This document shows positions 30,002 through 39,538 of a stretch of 64,000 bases of DNA, piece by piece. The stretch covers positions 365,634 through 429,633 of the forward strand of contig CP060227.1 in NCBI GenBank assembly GCA_023898525.1, in the 5' to 3' direction. Origin of the DNA: Candidatus Nomurabacteria bacterium (GTDB lineage: Bacteria > Patescibacteriota > Minisyncoccia > Phycocordibacterales > UBA918). The notes below the pieces were generated by a model. That model had not been told where the DNA came from, did not search any database, and saw only the letters and a list, made by a program, of their open reading frames with translations. The position numbers and the translations under genes were made by a program. Position 1 is the stretch's first letter. The number at the start of each line of letters is the position of its first letter.

Positions 30002-32224
30002 TTAGGAAGCGAAGGGTGTGTTTTCTTTTGGTGATTGTTTAAGTTTTTTTTGGATCTTATCTGGTGACAGAGGATCATTTTCGCGCTCTCTTTCTTTGTC
30101 CTCAACCATTTTGGGTTTAAAGATTTTTCCGTCAATCGGAGCCTGATCTGATCTAACCACTTCCAAACTTCTTTCAGCAAAATTATCCTGCTCACCGCCA
30201 TAAATAGAATTACTGACAGCATGTTTTTTCTCTAACTCGCTGAAGGCTGATTCAGCTTCTTGCATCAAGCGATGAAAATCATTCTTATATTTATCTGTCT
30301 GATCAGGTTCAGCATATACTCGATTCCTGTCGCGTTTTCCTTTTCCTTCTCTTAACTGATTAGATTTCTTTCGATCAACTAGATCTGTTTTTTCTTTAGG
30401 AAAATTGTCTATCTCTTTTTTTTCATCTTTTTTTAATAATAGATCCAAGGCCCCGCGTAAATCCTGACGTTTCACTGATTCTTTTTCCACCTGAACCCGA
30501 ATGGTTTTAGTTGCTTCACCATTTTCGTCTTTAGTCCAAGCCCTATCATTGTTAACCTTATTGTCGACTACTCCACTCTTATCAGTTTCACTTATCTTAC
30601 CCAGAATACTACGCAAATCAGACAGCGATTTAGTTGTTTTTAATTCTCGTGGTTTTGGCTGATAATCATCATCGGTTTTCCTTTCAATTCTATTCTCAAA
30701 GGTTCTTTTCTCTCCTTCTCTCAGACGTGGCTGCGATTCTCTTCTATCAAAAACACCACCCTCTCTCCGATCATCTTTCCTTCGTTCAAAATCACTTACG
30801 TTGTAATTCTCCCCTCTACCACCATTTCCATCATCGCGCTTTGGTTTTCGTTCAAACTTTTTGTCGCTGTTACTAGAATAATTATTAGTACCATTATGGT
30901 TGTTGGTCTTTTTCATCGGCGTCTCCGTCTTAACCGGAGTATGTAAGTCAGCCACAATCTTTTCAACCTCTGCCCGCTTACGAGTGTAGTTTCTGCGACT
31001 AGCCGCAATAACCATATCTCGACACGACACTGACGGTTGCTCAATTGGTGGTAAAGTGATCGCAGAGAACGGTTGTGATCCGATACCGTCAATCATCAAG
31101 GTTAAGTAAATTTGTGCAAAGCCAAGGTTCACTAAGTCCGCCGCGACAAATCTTGGCGTAAACACCGTTTCCAAAACTTCTGCGTCAAATGGCCCAACTC
31201 GAAAAGCTATCGTCGTACCGACGTTTCCAAAGACTGCATTACGCACATCCTCTTCCATTTGCTCAATGTATTGATGAGCGATAATTAAATTTAAATGGTA
31301 TTTACGGGCCTCAGATAAAATATTAGCGAAGGTTGAGTTTGCAAAAGACTGAAACTCATCCACGTAGAAATAGAAGTTGGGCATGGTTCGCATTTTTTCT
31401 ACCGGTAAGTCAGCCCGGCTCATGGCCGCCAAATAAATACGAGTAGTGAGCATCGAACCGAGCAAGTTGGCATTGGTCTCGCCAACCAAACCTTTAGAAA
31501 GATTCATGATTAAGATTTTTTTCTCATCCATGATCTGTCTGATATCAAAACTTGAATGTGGTTGACCGATGATGTTACGGATCAAAGGATTACCGGTAAA
31601 CTGACCGATCTTGTTTTGAATAGCTGGTAAAGCTTCAGCCATGAAGCGGTCGGTGTAGTTGGCAAACTCCTCTGTCCAAAAAGCTTTAACTGCTGGATCT
31701 TTTATATACTCCACCACCTGCTTTCGATAAGCCTTATCGGAAAAGAGACGATTGACCGAAAGCAGGGTCGTGTCTGGATACTCAATCAGAGCTAAGAGAG
31801 CATTGGTCAAGATGTATTCCATTCTAGCGCTCCACGCATCCACCCAAATCTTCTTAAAAGTAGACATGAGACCCGACACCACCAAATGTCTCTTGTCGGC
31901 CCCCACATCTTCCATCACGTTAAAAGAGATTGGATTATCCATATCAAAGGGCGCAAAGTAAATCACATCATTCACCCGATGTTCCGGTACATACTCAAGT
32001 AGAGTTTGAGCTGCTGACCCATGCGGATCAATAAAAGCCATTCCCTCACCGTTTTTTATATCTTGCGCCGCCATGTTCTCGAGCAAGGTAGACTTCCCCA
32101 TACCGGTCTTTCCCACTACGTACATGTGACGCTGACGATCTTTGGCTTTTATACCAAAAGGTATCTGTTGCCCACGAGCATCAGTTTTGGCAAAAAAAGT
32201 GATTTTTTCCGGATCAAAACTCAT
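30002..32224 (-). CDS. TraD/TraG/VirD4-like (type IV coupling protein-like) P-loop ATPase with about 300-aa disordered K/R/D/E-rich C-terminal tail; no TM segment
   Basis: Walker A HMYVVGKTGMGKSTLLE, GEGMAFIDPHGS (TrwB_AAD_bind-like), Walker B FYFYVDEFQSF; the C-terminal 300 aa are low complexity. Confidence 0.5.
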   Translation of the reverse strand: MSFDPEKITFFAKTDARGQQIPFGIKAKDRQRHMYVVGKTGMGKSTLLENMAAQDIKNGEGMAFIDPHGSAAQTLLEYVPEHRVNDVIYFAPFDMDNPISFNVMEDVGADKRHLVVSGLMSTFKKIWVDAWSARMEYILTNALLALIEYPDTTLLSVNRLFSDKAYRKQVVEYIKDPAVKAFWTEEFANYTDRFMAEALPAIQNKIGQFTGNPLIRNIIGQPHSSFDIRQIMDEKKILIMNLSKGLVGETNANLLGSMLTTRIYLAAMSRADLPVEKMRTMPNFYFYVDEFQSFANSTFANILSEARKYHLNLIIAHQYIEQMEEDVRNAVFGNVGTTIAFRVGPFDAEVLETVFTPRFVAADLVNLGFAQIYLTLMIDGIGSQPFSAITLPPIEQPSVSCRDMVIAASRRNYTRKRAEVEKIVADLHTPVKTETPMKKTNNHNGTNNYSSNSDKKFERKPKRDDGNGGRGENYNVSDFERRKDDRREGGVFDRRESQPRLREGEKRTFENRIERKTDDDYQPKPRELKTTKSLSDLRSILGKISETDKSGVVDNKVNNDRAWTKDENGEATKTIRVQVEKESVKRQDLRGALDLLLKKDEKKEIDNFPKEKTDLVDRKKSNQLREGKGKRDRNRVYAEPDQTDKYKNDFHRLMQEAESAFSELEKKHAVSNSIYGGEQDNFAERSLEVVRSDQAPIDGKIFKPKMVEDKERERENDPLSPDKIQKKLKQSPKENTPFAS

Positions 32225-32242
32225 ATTAGTTAGTATAACAAA

Positions 32243-33721
32243 CTAACTCCCAAAACGTTCTTCAGCATAATGCAAAAGTTTTAAAACATCCTCATTCCTA
32301 CTTTCAGAACCTAGAATAATGACAGCTATCGTTCTGGTCACTCCTTTCACCTTAAGACTATGTAGAGACACTGAGGTCTGACCAGCGGCATTTGTTTCTC
32401 CCACCTTGCCGCCAATAAAATTACCCAGTCCGTCAATTTGATTAAAATTAAGTAACTCACCAAACTCTCCGCTAACATATGAAGTTGGCAAGTCTTGATT
32501 CGCAGTCAATTCAAAAATAAATTTTCGATTAGAATATATATACTGGGATAGTCTAAGCAGATCACTGAGGGTCGATACGTTTTCAGCCCCCAGCCCGGAC
32601 GGGTCAATAAAATAGCTATTTGTCATGCCAATCTCCTTGGCCTTCTGATTCATTAGCTCCATAAACTTATCTCTTCCCAGCTCTCCAGCTATTACTTCAG
32701 CCGCTTCATTTGAAGACTCCACCAACAAAAGCTGCATCAGACTATACATGGAAACCCGGTTTCGATCGCCTAGCCTTGGAATTAGTGATTGAACAAAGGT
32801 AGGTTGATTGACCCAAATATTTTTATCCAAATTTATATACTCGGCCGCAATTAAAGCCGTCATCAACTTAGTAACAGAAGCAATCGGCACAACGTCATCA
32901 AGACCATCGGCGGCCAATACCGTACTACTATCGATGTCAGCTATTAAATAGCGTGGCGTCTTGAGATCGGGAATTTTTGCTTCATATAAAAAAGGATGTT
33001 CCTCTAAATTATTTTCATGAACTAAAATAGGGGTATTTATTTTGACATGATCATAAATCCTTTTAGCATCATCATTATTTAGTCGGATACAGTCGCCGCC
33101 AAAATCTTCGGCTACCGAACTCTTATCAGCATAAGTTGACCAACCATGGATATAAAGATTGCTTTCAAAACCAATACTCCACGGTTGATTAACTTGCCCA
33201 ATGGTTGAGAAGTGATTAGTTTTTTTCTCCTCTACTTTATATAAACCAGCCGGTGTCTGACACCATGATCCCTCCTCAGATTTTGCCACAATTGGTACAT
33301 TTTCAACCAAAACACCATTTTCAAAATACCGTATCTGCATCGTCGTCAAATCAACAGACAAGAAAGTCAAGGCCGCGTCAATAAAAGAATCTTGGGTCTC
33401 AGCAAAAAACGACGGTTCTGAAAGAGACAGTTGAACACCATAATTAAGCGGTTCAACCTCCGAGGTGTACGGATTCACAATGGAAACTTGAGTTACCGAA
33501 GCGACATTCATTGAAGCTAAAGCTTGCACTCCAACCACCCCAATTCCACCAACCAGCACAAGGGCCAAGACTGACAAAAAACTTAAGTCGCTTAGGTACT
33601 TTTTTCGGATTTTTTTTCTGGAACTTTTTAAACTCGGAATTAAAGTTCCGCGAGCTGTGTTTGGTGTGTCTTCTTGGTAATTAGCCATGTAGAACCGTCG
33701 GTTCTCAGATTCATCAGTCAT
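32243..33721 (-). CDS. fusion of L,D-transpeptidase (YkuD) domain and serine-type D-Ala-D-Ala carboxypeptidase (peptidase S11)
   Basis: YkuD catalytic region HGWSTYADKSS...GGDCIRL; S11 SxxK motif PIASVTKLMTA; N-terminal TM anchor. Confidence 0.65.
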   Translation of the reverse strand: MTDESENRRFYMANYQEDTPNTARGTLIPSLKSSRKKIRKKYLSDLSFLSVLALVLVGGIGVVGVQALASMNVASVTQVSIVNPYTSEVEPLNYGVQLSLSEPSFFAETQDSFIDAALTFLSVDLTTMQIRYFENGVLVENVPIVAKSEEGSWCQTPAGLYKVEEKKTNHFSTIGQVNQPWSIGFESNLYIHGWSTYADKSSVAEDFGGDCIRLNNDDAKRIYDHVKINTPILVHENNLEEHPFLYEAKIPDLKTPRYLIADIDSSTVLAADGLDDVVPIASVTKLMTALIAAEYINLDKNIWVNQPTFVQSLIPRLGDRNRVSMYSLMQLLLVESSNEAAEVIAGELGRDKFMELMNQKAKEIGMTNSYFIDPSGLGAENVSTLSDLLRLSQYIYSNRKFIFELTANQDLPTSYVSGEFGELLNFNQIDGLGNFIGGKVGETNAAGQTSVSLHSLKVKGVTRTIAVIILGSESRNEDVLKLLHYAEERFGS

Positions 33722-33748
33722 GACTAGTATAATACAGCAAAATTAGAG

Positions 33749-35137
33749 CTAATCTGACGCCTTAACCACAGGCTCGGAAAGGTTTGTTGTTGACCTGGTA
33801 CTGGTACTAGTACCTATCATCACCTCATAAGTATCAGGCCCTTTCAAAGCTCCTTTGGTATAAATATTAGACGGGGCCCAGATCATAAAACTCATCACTC
33901 CGGCATCATAACTGGCTTGTATTTCATCTCGCACCTCTTTTATGTCGTAGTTACCACCGTAATCAAAATCCTGAACCCAGGTTCGGAGTTTGTCTGCTGT
34001 ATAAACAGGCTTTTTGTAAACCGCCGGTGTACTGGTGCCAATGCGTTCATGCAAGAAGCCATCCATCGGTGTAGTAGACGCTTTCATTCTTGCAACCCCC
34101 GATGACATCGCATAATTCACCACTTTATATGGATATAGATTTGGATCACCCAAACCTAAAAAGCTTTTTGGGTAATGCGACGGATACACCATCGGTGCCA
34201 CAAAGTCAAAGTACGGAGCCGCGCGTTCAATCACCTGCCCAATCGACAGATCGTCAAAATTAGTGGTAGTCATCCCAAACAAGTCAACCGAGGTCCAAGG
34301 AGTAGACGAGGCTCGTCCGGTATTTTTGTGACGATAGGCAGAAAATTTTTCTTCCTTATCCAACTCTTCGTTTAGATAAACAAAGAAAGCTTCTAGATTT
34401 GCCCGTTTATCACCCGGCCACTTTGAACCATCAGTGTGTGGAAACGAAATATCCCGCATATTACCGTCGCTCGGATAACGCACATAATCAAAATTCAGCT
34501 CATCAAAACCAAGGTTGTATGAATCAACTGATAACTCAACAATATGATCCCAGTACTCGCGGGCCGCCACATCTATAAACGACAAACCTTTTCCATCACG
34601 CCAAACTGTATTGCCATCAAGCCTCTTTACCGCCAAATGAGGAAACTTCACTGAATAAAAAGGATCTTGAAAGACTGTTATCCGGCCAATCACATAAATC
34701 CCCTGACTATGCAAACCAGCCACAAACTCTCGCATATCACGAGCGCCACAACGGGCATTTTGCCAAGCTGGTAGCCACGCTTCGTTCTCTGGTAAGAACG
34801 ATATGGTTCCAGAGTAATCTTTAATATCAATCACCACACTATTGATCTCCGTTTCATTTATTAGCTTAACTAACCGATCTCTAAAACTAGGAGTACCCGC
34901 TACACAAGAAGTCATATAAATGGCCTTAACTTGCTGTGGTAAAGGAATATGTTCAGTCACCAACCTAGTATCAGTAACGACAGCTTCCTTATCCTGCACA
35001 GTCGAAGAAGAGACGTTGCCAGATACAATACTTGGCACACGCTCATACGTTAATTCAGATTTTGGAATATAAGCATAGCTAAAAAAAGCCAATGCCGCCA
35101 CGGCTATAATTAGTATCAATCCCAAATATTTGGTCAT
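33749..35137 (-). CDS. putative glycoside-hydrolase-like TIM-barrel protein (GHL10/DUF4015 family), N-terminal TM anchor
   Basis: FDELNFDYVRYP and surrounding pattern resemble DUF4015; assignment by recalled motif. Confidence 0.4.
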   Translation of the reverse strand: MTKYLGLILIIAVAALAFFSYAYIPKSELTYERVPSIVSGNVSSSTVQDKEAVVTDTRLVTEHIPLPQQVKAIYMTSCVAGTPSFRDRLVKLINETEINSVVIDIKDYSGTISFLPENEAWLPAWQNARCGARDMREFVAGLHSQGIYVIGRITVFQDPFYSVKFPHLAVKRLDGNTVWRDGKGLSFIDVAAREYWDHIVELSVDSYNLGFDELNFDYVRYPSDGNMRDISFPHTDGSKWPGDKRANLEAFFVYLNEELDKEEKFSAYRHKNTGRASSTPWTSVDLFGMTTTNFDDLSIGQVIERAAPYFDFVAPMVYPSHYPKSFLGLGDPNLYPYKVVNYAMSSGVARMKASTTPMDGFLHERIGTSTPAVYKKPVYTADKLRTWVQDFDYGGNYDIKEVRDEIQASYDAGVMSFMIWAPSNIYTKGALKGPDTYEVMIGTSTSTRSTTNLSEPVVKASD

Positions 35138-35142
35138 AAGAT

Positions 35143-35385
35143 TTATTGTACCTCACGCTCTTCAAATAACTGTTTGGTCGTTTCCACAAAAGAATCAGTA
35201 CCTCTTTCCCCGTTCCCTCGATCAATTCGCGACAAATACAAAGCCCGTCTGAGTAAGTAACCCACCATTACTAAAACTACCCCGATAGCAGCAATCATAT
35301 ACTGCTTCCAAGGTTCAGGAATACCTAAAAACGGTAAAAGCACTAAAAAAAATCCAAAAATAAAAACCAGCGTCTCTTTAGACAT
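35143..35385 (-). CDS. small membrane protein (2 TM)
   Basis: 80 aa; two hydrophobic helices; no recognisable family. Confidence 0.35.
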   Translation of the reverse strand: MSKETLVFIFGFFLVLLPFLGIPEPWKQYMIAAIGVVLVMVGYLLRRALYLSRIDRGNGERGTDSFVETTKQLFEEREVQ

Positions 35386-35626
35386 AATTGATGTGTATTA
35401 TACCGCACTAATCGTTATATTCAAAAAACCACCACAAACTTAAGTGAAGAAACGAGCGCGACCTAGTTTATAAGGAGCTATGCGACTATATAAACGGAAA
35501 TACTCTTGTGGTGAGCGACTATTCTGAACTTATGTCAGAATTTGTTACTGGAAAACAAGGAGTGTTAGCGACTGCGCCCTGCGTATGAAAATCATAGTTG
35601 TCATCACTCCTTGATTTACACATGTT

Positions 35627-36337
35627 TTACGTATGCAGAGCTCTGCCCTTGGGCAAATTCTGGCCCCCTGTTTGTAAAATCACCACAAACTCCCCTTTTT
35701 GTTTGACAGAATTGGTATTTAAAATCTCCAAAACTTCAGCCGGTGTACCAACCAACATTTCTTCATGTAACTTGGTTAGTTCACGTCCAAGACTAACTCT
35801 AGCTTCTGGATAAAACCCAGCTAGTGATTCCAAAGTTTTTAAAATACGGTGAGTTGATTCAAAAAATATCGCTGGTTGCGGAAAGGTCGCGAGACATTTG
35901 AAAAAAGTCTCGCGACCTTTCTTCTGCGGCACAAAGCCAAGAAAAGTAAACTGATTACCAGTAATGCCAGATATAGAGAAAGCGGCCGTTACTGCTGACG
36001 GTCCAGGGATAGCGTCTATTCGCGCTGCTCGCGCTAGCCGGGCGCGCCCCACCAACATAACCCCCGGGTCACTCACTCCCGGCGTACCCGCATCACTCAC
36101 AAGAGCGATATTCTTCCCTTCCTCCAAGTCACCAAGCACAGACTCGTGTACCTTTTCGCTCGTATGCGCATCATAACGCTTCATCGGTGTCTTGATATCG
36201 TAGTGCGACAAAAGTTTGCCGGTCACTCGCGTGTCTTCACACAAAACATAATCAACCTCGCCCAAAATACGAATAGCCCGCAAGGTGATATCCTCCAGAT
36301 TTCCAATCGGTGTCGCTACTATATATAGTGTTCCCAT
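35627..36337 (-). CDS. rsmI: 16S rRNA (cytidine1402-2'-O)-methyltransferase
   Basis: GTLYIVATPIGNLEDITLRAIRIL...DYVLCEDTR is the RsmI/tetrapyrrole-methylase-fold signature. Confidence 0.85.
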   Translation of the reverse strand: MGTLYIVATPIGNLEDITLRAIRILGEVDYVLCEDTRVTGKLLSHYDIKTPMKRYDAHTSEKVHESVLGDLEEGKNIALVSDAGTPGVSDPGVMLVGRARLARAARIDAIPGPSAVTAAFSISGITGNQFTFLGFVPQKKGRETFFKCLATFPQPAIFFESTHRILKTLESLAGFYPEARVSLGRELTKLHEEMLVGTPAEVLEILNTNSVKQKGEFVVILQTGGQNLPKGRALHT

Positions 36338-36374
36338 GACTCATGCATGGTAGCAGAAAATATAAAAAAAGAAA

Positions 36375-36394
36375 CCGGACGTACGAACGTCCGG
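36375..36394. terminator. hairpin CCGGACG-TACGAA-CGTCCGG
   Basis: 7-bp GC-rich inverted repeat downstream of the 36411..36830 stop. Confidence 0.5.
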
Positions 36395-36410
36395 GAAAAT
36401 TCTTCCTAAG

Positions 36411-36830
36411 TCAAATATTAATAGAAGGCTTGGGTTTGAAATAGACGGAAATATGACCATTACACGACCCCAACCAAACACTAGTTCCATTAAAATGCGC
36501 TAAGCAGTTAATTTCTCCTAAATCAACTGGGTCTAAACCACAAGAAGGATGGTCATTAAAAGTTATGTTTAATACACCAGATTCAAGTGAAACACATACA
36601 CCTGAACCTACACAACGCTTTCTTCCAGCAATACATATCTCCACTGAAACAACAATACGCTTCGTCAGGTCTTGGTAAAGAGTTAGTCCAGCATGCGAAA
36701 CCAAAAATTCTCTGTTCAGTTTAAACGTAAGTTTTTTTCCACGTGCTTTTTTTGAGATAGCGGTTCTCTCTGACTCAAAAGAGTCTGGTTCTTTACATGA
36801 GGACTTTGTTAGTAATAATACAGTACCCAT
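36411..36830 (-). CDS. hypothetical Cys-rich protein
   Basis: 139 aa; Cys spacing CIAGRKRCVGSGVC and two further Cys pairs; no confident family. Confidence 0.35.
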   Translation of the reverse strand: MGTVLLLTKSSCKEPDSFESERTAISKKARGKKLTFKLNREFLVSHAGLTLYQDLTKRIVVSVEICIAGRKRCVGSGVCVSLESGVLNITFNDHPSCGLDPVDLGEINCLAHFNGTSVWLGSCNGHISVYFKPKPSINI

Positions 36831-36972
36831 TTTATATTCTCCCCCATTTATTTGATTTTCAAAAAATCCGTCAACAAATTCTGTTGCGGAAAGTAGCTTC
36901 TAAAAACTAATAGTAGCATTTTTTAAACAAAAAATACAATTCCCTTAACCCTCTTATAAATATAAAAATTAA

Positions 36973-37000
36973 GACGAAATCCGCTATCACGGATTTCGTC
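36973..37000. terminator. hairpin GACGAAATCCG-CTATCA-CGGATTTCGTC
   Basis: 11-bp perfect inverted repeat downstream of the 37034..37624 stop. Confidence 0.65.
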
Positions 37001-37033
37001 TTCTTGATGATACTATATAGAATTATTCTACTT

Positions 37034-37624
37034 TTATGTGTTACTACTTTTATCACCCCAATACACAAACTGTGCAAAAGTAGCCATAATCAATTCAACA
37101 AATATTAACACTATTGCGGACATGTATAGACACAAAGTATATTTCCCTATAAAACCATTTTCAGATATGGCAGCAACAGTTATAACAGGTGTTACAAGCC
37201 CACAAAAAAGAATACCTCCTATTGCTAAAAAGATACTTAGGTTATTCAGAGTATTGTATAAAAGCGTGCCAATCATCACCGTTGATAAAACAATAGCAAA
37301 TATAACAGCCGTCTCTTCACTTAAACCGTGAGTTATTATGCTACTGACAACACCTGAAAAAACACCCGTCGCCACAACTATACTCATTGGTCTAAATAAA
37401 AAACTCTTTGTCTTATGTAATCCAGAAGAAAAAATGCTTAAAACAGTGATAGTAACAATCCACAAGAAAACTTCTCCTTCAGAGGCAAAAAAACCAGGAC
37501 TTGTAGCCCAAACTGATGTGGAAAAAATAAGAATCAATACTGTAAAAAGAAAAATATATATACTTTTAAAGGTACTCATTTCACCCTCCTTTGGTGAAGT
37601 TAATTTCACCCAGTATAAAAGCAA
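37034..37624 (-). CDS. polytopic membrane protein, hypothetical
   Basis: 196 aa; 5-6 hydrophobic helices; no motif recognised. Confidence 0.4.
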   Translation of the reverse strand: MLLYWVKLTSPKEGEMSTFKSIYIFLFTVLILIFSTSVWATSPGFFASEGEVFLWIVTITVLSIFSSGLHKTKSFLFRPMSIVVATGVFSGVVSSIITHGLSEETAVIFAIVLSTVMIGTLLYNTLNNLSIFLAIGGILFCGLVTPVITVAAISENGFIGKYTLCLYMSAIVLIFVELIMATFAQFVYWGDKSSNT

Positions 37625-37719
37625 TATATTTACTTTATGTCAATATTGATTTATTTGTGATTCGTGCTATTGTTTTTAACAAACAAGGTCTTTTCTTTTA
37701 CTTGAAATAAGGAGTTCCA

Positions 37720-38295
37720 ATGGAACTGGTATCAATATTCGTATCAACCTTTGCTGTAGTTTTTGTTGGTGAATTGGGTGATAAGACTCAAATCGCCACC
37801 GGAACTGGTGCCTTAGCAAAACCAGGTCATACTAAAATCATTTTTTTGAGTTCCTCTATAGCCCTCATTGCAGTAGCTGGTTTAACCACTTTCTTTGCCG
37901 GACTAATACCCAAAGAGTACATGCCTTACGTAGTTGTTGTTGGAGGAATTGTACTTATTATATATGGTATCTATCTCTATCTTAAAGCTGGTAAAAATGA
38001 AGATGGATTAAAAGAAGACTTCTCGGAAAAAAGAACCTGGGTAATATTCTTTACAAATTTTTGGATAATCTTTATCGCTGAAATGGGGGACAAGACTCAA
38101 ATGGTCACCTTAGGTTCAGCTCTTGAAAACCAATCTCATCTTTGGCTTGTGTTTATAACCGCTTCTTCAGCTTTGGTTTTAGTAACTGCTCTCACGATAT
38201 TTGGAGTTACTAAATTACCAAAGCATTGGATTTGTAAAGTTCAAAAGCTTGGAGCTGTGTTTATGATATTGTTTGGCATACACATGCTATATTAA
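37720..38295 (+). CDS. UPF0016/GDT1 (TMEM165) family cation transporter
   Basis: two E-x-G-D-K-T motifs (GELGDKTQIAT and AEMGDKTQMVT); AAGGAG Shine-Dalgarno 5 nt upstream, rare in this window. Confidence 0.8.
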   Translation: MELVSIFVSTFAVVFVGELGDKTQIATGTGALAKPGHTKIIFLSSSIALIAVAGLTTFFAGLIPKEYMPYVVVVGGIVLIIYGIYLYLKAGKNEDGLKEDFSEKRTWVIFFTNFWIIFIAEMGDKTQMVTLGSALENQSHLWLVFITASSALVLVTALTIFGVTKLPKHWICKVQKLGAVFMILFGIHMLY

Positions 38296-38316
38296 TAAAA
38301 GTATCAAGAGCTAGTA

Positions 38317-38349
38317 GCGGGAAAAATTTCTTCGGAAAATTTTCCCGCT
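38317..38349. terminator. bidirectional terminator hairpin GCGGGAAAATTT-loop-AAATTTTCCCGC
   Basis: between convergent genes 37720..38295 (+) and 38377..38961 (-). Confidence 0.65.
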
Positions 38350-38376
38350 ATTTTTATTTCCCCTTTGGGAATACTT

Positions 38377-38961
38377 TTAACTTAGGTAATATCGCTTATA
38401 CTCCACACTCTCCATATTCCCCATCCCATAACATTCCGTGAGTGAAAAATGTGAGATGTTTATATCCAAAGAAAAATCCTTTAGCGAATTCACATACTCC
38501 AATCCTTTCTGGTACCCAACTTCATCTAAATCAGCAAAGGCCAGCGTAATATGCGGCTTATAGTCTTCAATTCTCGGTAGCCAAACTTCAAATCCATCAG
38601 TCACCTGCTGTTTAAGTATGTTAAACATTTTCCGTAAATTATCATTTATCTCTACTTTTAAATAAATAACGTAGGGTGTTATTTTACCTTCAATTGCTCC
38701 TTTACCATTATCCCAACCACCAAATCCTTCAGCCCTCACCTTGAATCCATCCACTTTTTTAGTAGCCTCATTAAACAAATTATCAGCTCGAACTAACTGC
38801 TCATCGTCTAGTGTTATTCCTGTACCAACAGTGAGGTGTGGTAGCCAATCCACCAAGCACTTTTGTGAACCGGTTAGTTTCGATAATTCCTTTTGTATAC
38901 TTCTTACCTTTTTAAAATCCTCCCCACTTAGGTAACTGACCATTGAATAATTCTTTGTCAT
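38377..38961 (-). CDS. 2H phosphoesterase (RNA 2',3'-cyclic phosphodiesterase / LigT-ThpR family)
   Basis: two H-x-T/S-x motifs: PHLTVG and PHITLA. Confidence 0.7.
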   Translation of the reverse strand: MTKNYSMVSYLSGEDFKKVRSIQKELSKLTGSQKCLVDWLPHLTVGTGITLDDEQLVRADNLFNEATKKVDGFKVRAEGFGGWDNGKGAIEGKITPYVIYLKVEINDNLRKMFNILKQQVTDGFEVWLPRIEDYKPHITLAFADLDEVGYQKGLEYVNSLKDFSLDINISHFSLTECYGMGNMESVEYKRYYLS

Positions 38962-38969
38962 AAATATGG

Positions 38970-39284
38970 TTAAGTTAAAGCTAAATATCGAAGATAATCA
39001 GATACGGAATCAAAGCCTGCTTTTACAGCCTTTTGCTCAATTTTATTTTTATCATGAGCTGATACCCGAAAACGCAGTGTCTCACTCTGTTTGGCCTTAT
39101 GCTCTTTTTCAGCCAAAATAAGATTTGGTAAATCAAGCAGAAGATTTGGTACATCCTCTGACAAAAAATCCTGATTGATCTTAGCCGCTTCACAAATTAC
39201 CCTCACTGTAACGTCATTCTTCTTTTTTATGATGTAACTGTATTTTTTATTTTGCACTGTTATGGTAGAAGATATTTCTTTCAT
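38970..39284 (-). CDS. hicB: HicB-family antitoxin (C-terminal ribbon-helix-helix)
   Basis: C-terminus RFRVSAHDKNKIEQKAVKAGFDSVSDYLRYLAL is RHH-like; immediately downstream of hicA-like gene. Confidence 0.6.
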   Translation of the reverse strand: MKEISSTITVQNKKYSYIIKKKNDVTVRVICEAAKINQDFLSEDVPNLLLDLPNLILAEKEHKAKQSETLRFRVSAHDKNKIEQKAVKAGFDSVSDYLRYLALT

Positions 39285-39289
39285 ATTTT

Positions 39290-39526
39290 TTACATTATTT
39301 CTCTAATAAATGATTTCGCTTGCTCCTTATAAAAATCTTTACATTCGTTATTGTGTACCGGTATTATTAAATCTTTGGTTAATTTGTAGTGTTTGAACTT
39401 AATATGACTACCTTTTGCTTGTATCTTTTCAAACTCCAAATATTCAAGAATGACCAATAACTGACTATATTTGATAGATCTTGGAGTATTCAAAAATTTT
39501 TCAACCAACTTGTCCTTTTTAGACAT
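39290..39526 (-). CDS. hicA: HicA-family mRNA-interferase toxin (YcfA-like)
   Basis: AKGSHIKFKH...IIPVHNNECKDFYKEQAKSFIREI matches the HicA (PF07927) pattern KGSHxxF...PxH. Confidence 0.7.
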   Translation of the reverse strand: MSKKDKLVEKFLNTPRSIKYSQLLVILEYLEFEKIQAKGSHIKFKHYKLTKDLIIPVHNNECKDFYKEQAKSFIREIM

Positions 39527-39538
39527 TACTTTTACATT

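Noticed and set aside
29995-30222. 76-codon N-terminal extension of the LTD/PKD ORF
   Set aside because: Overlaps the 3' end of the upstream ATPase gene and has no signal-peptide logic; the internal Met followed by a clear signal peptide is the likely start
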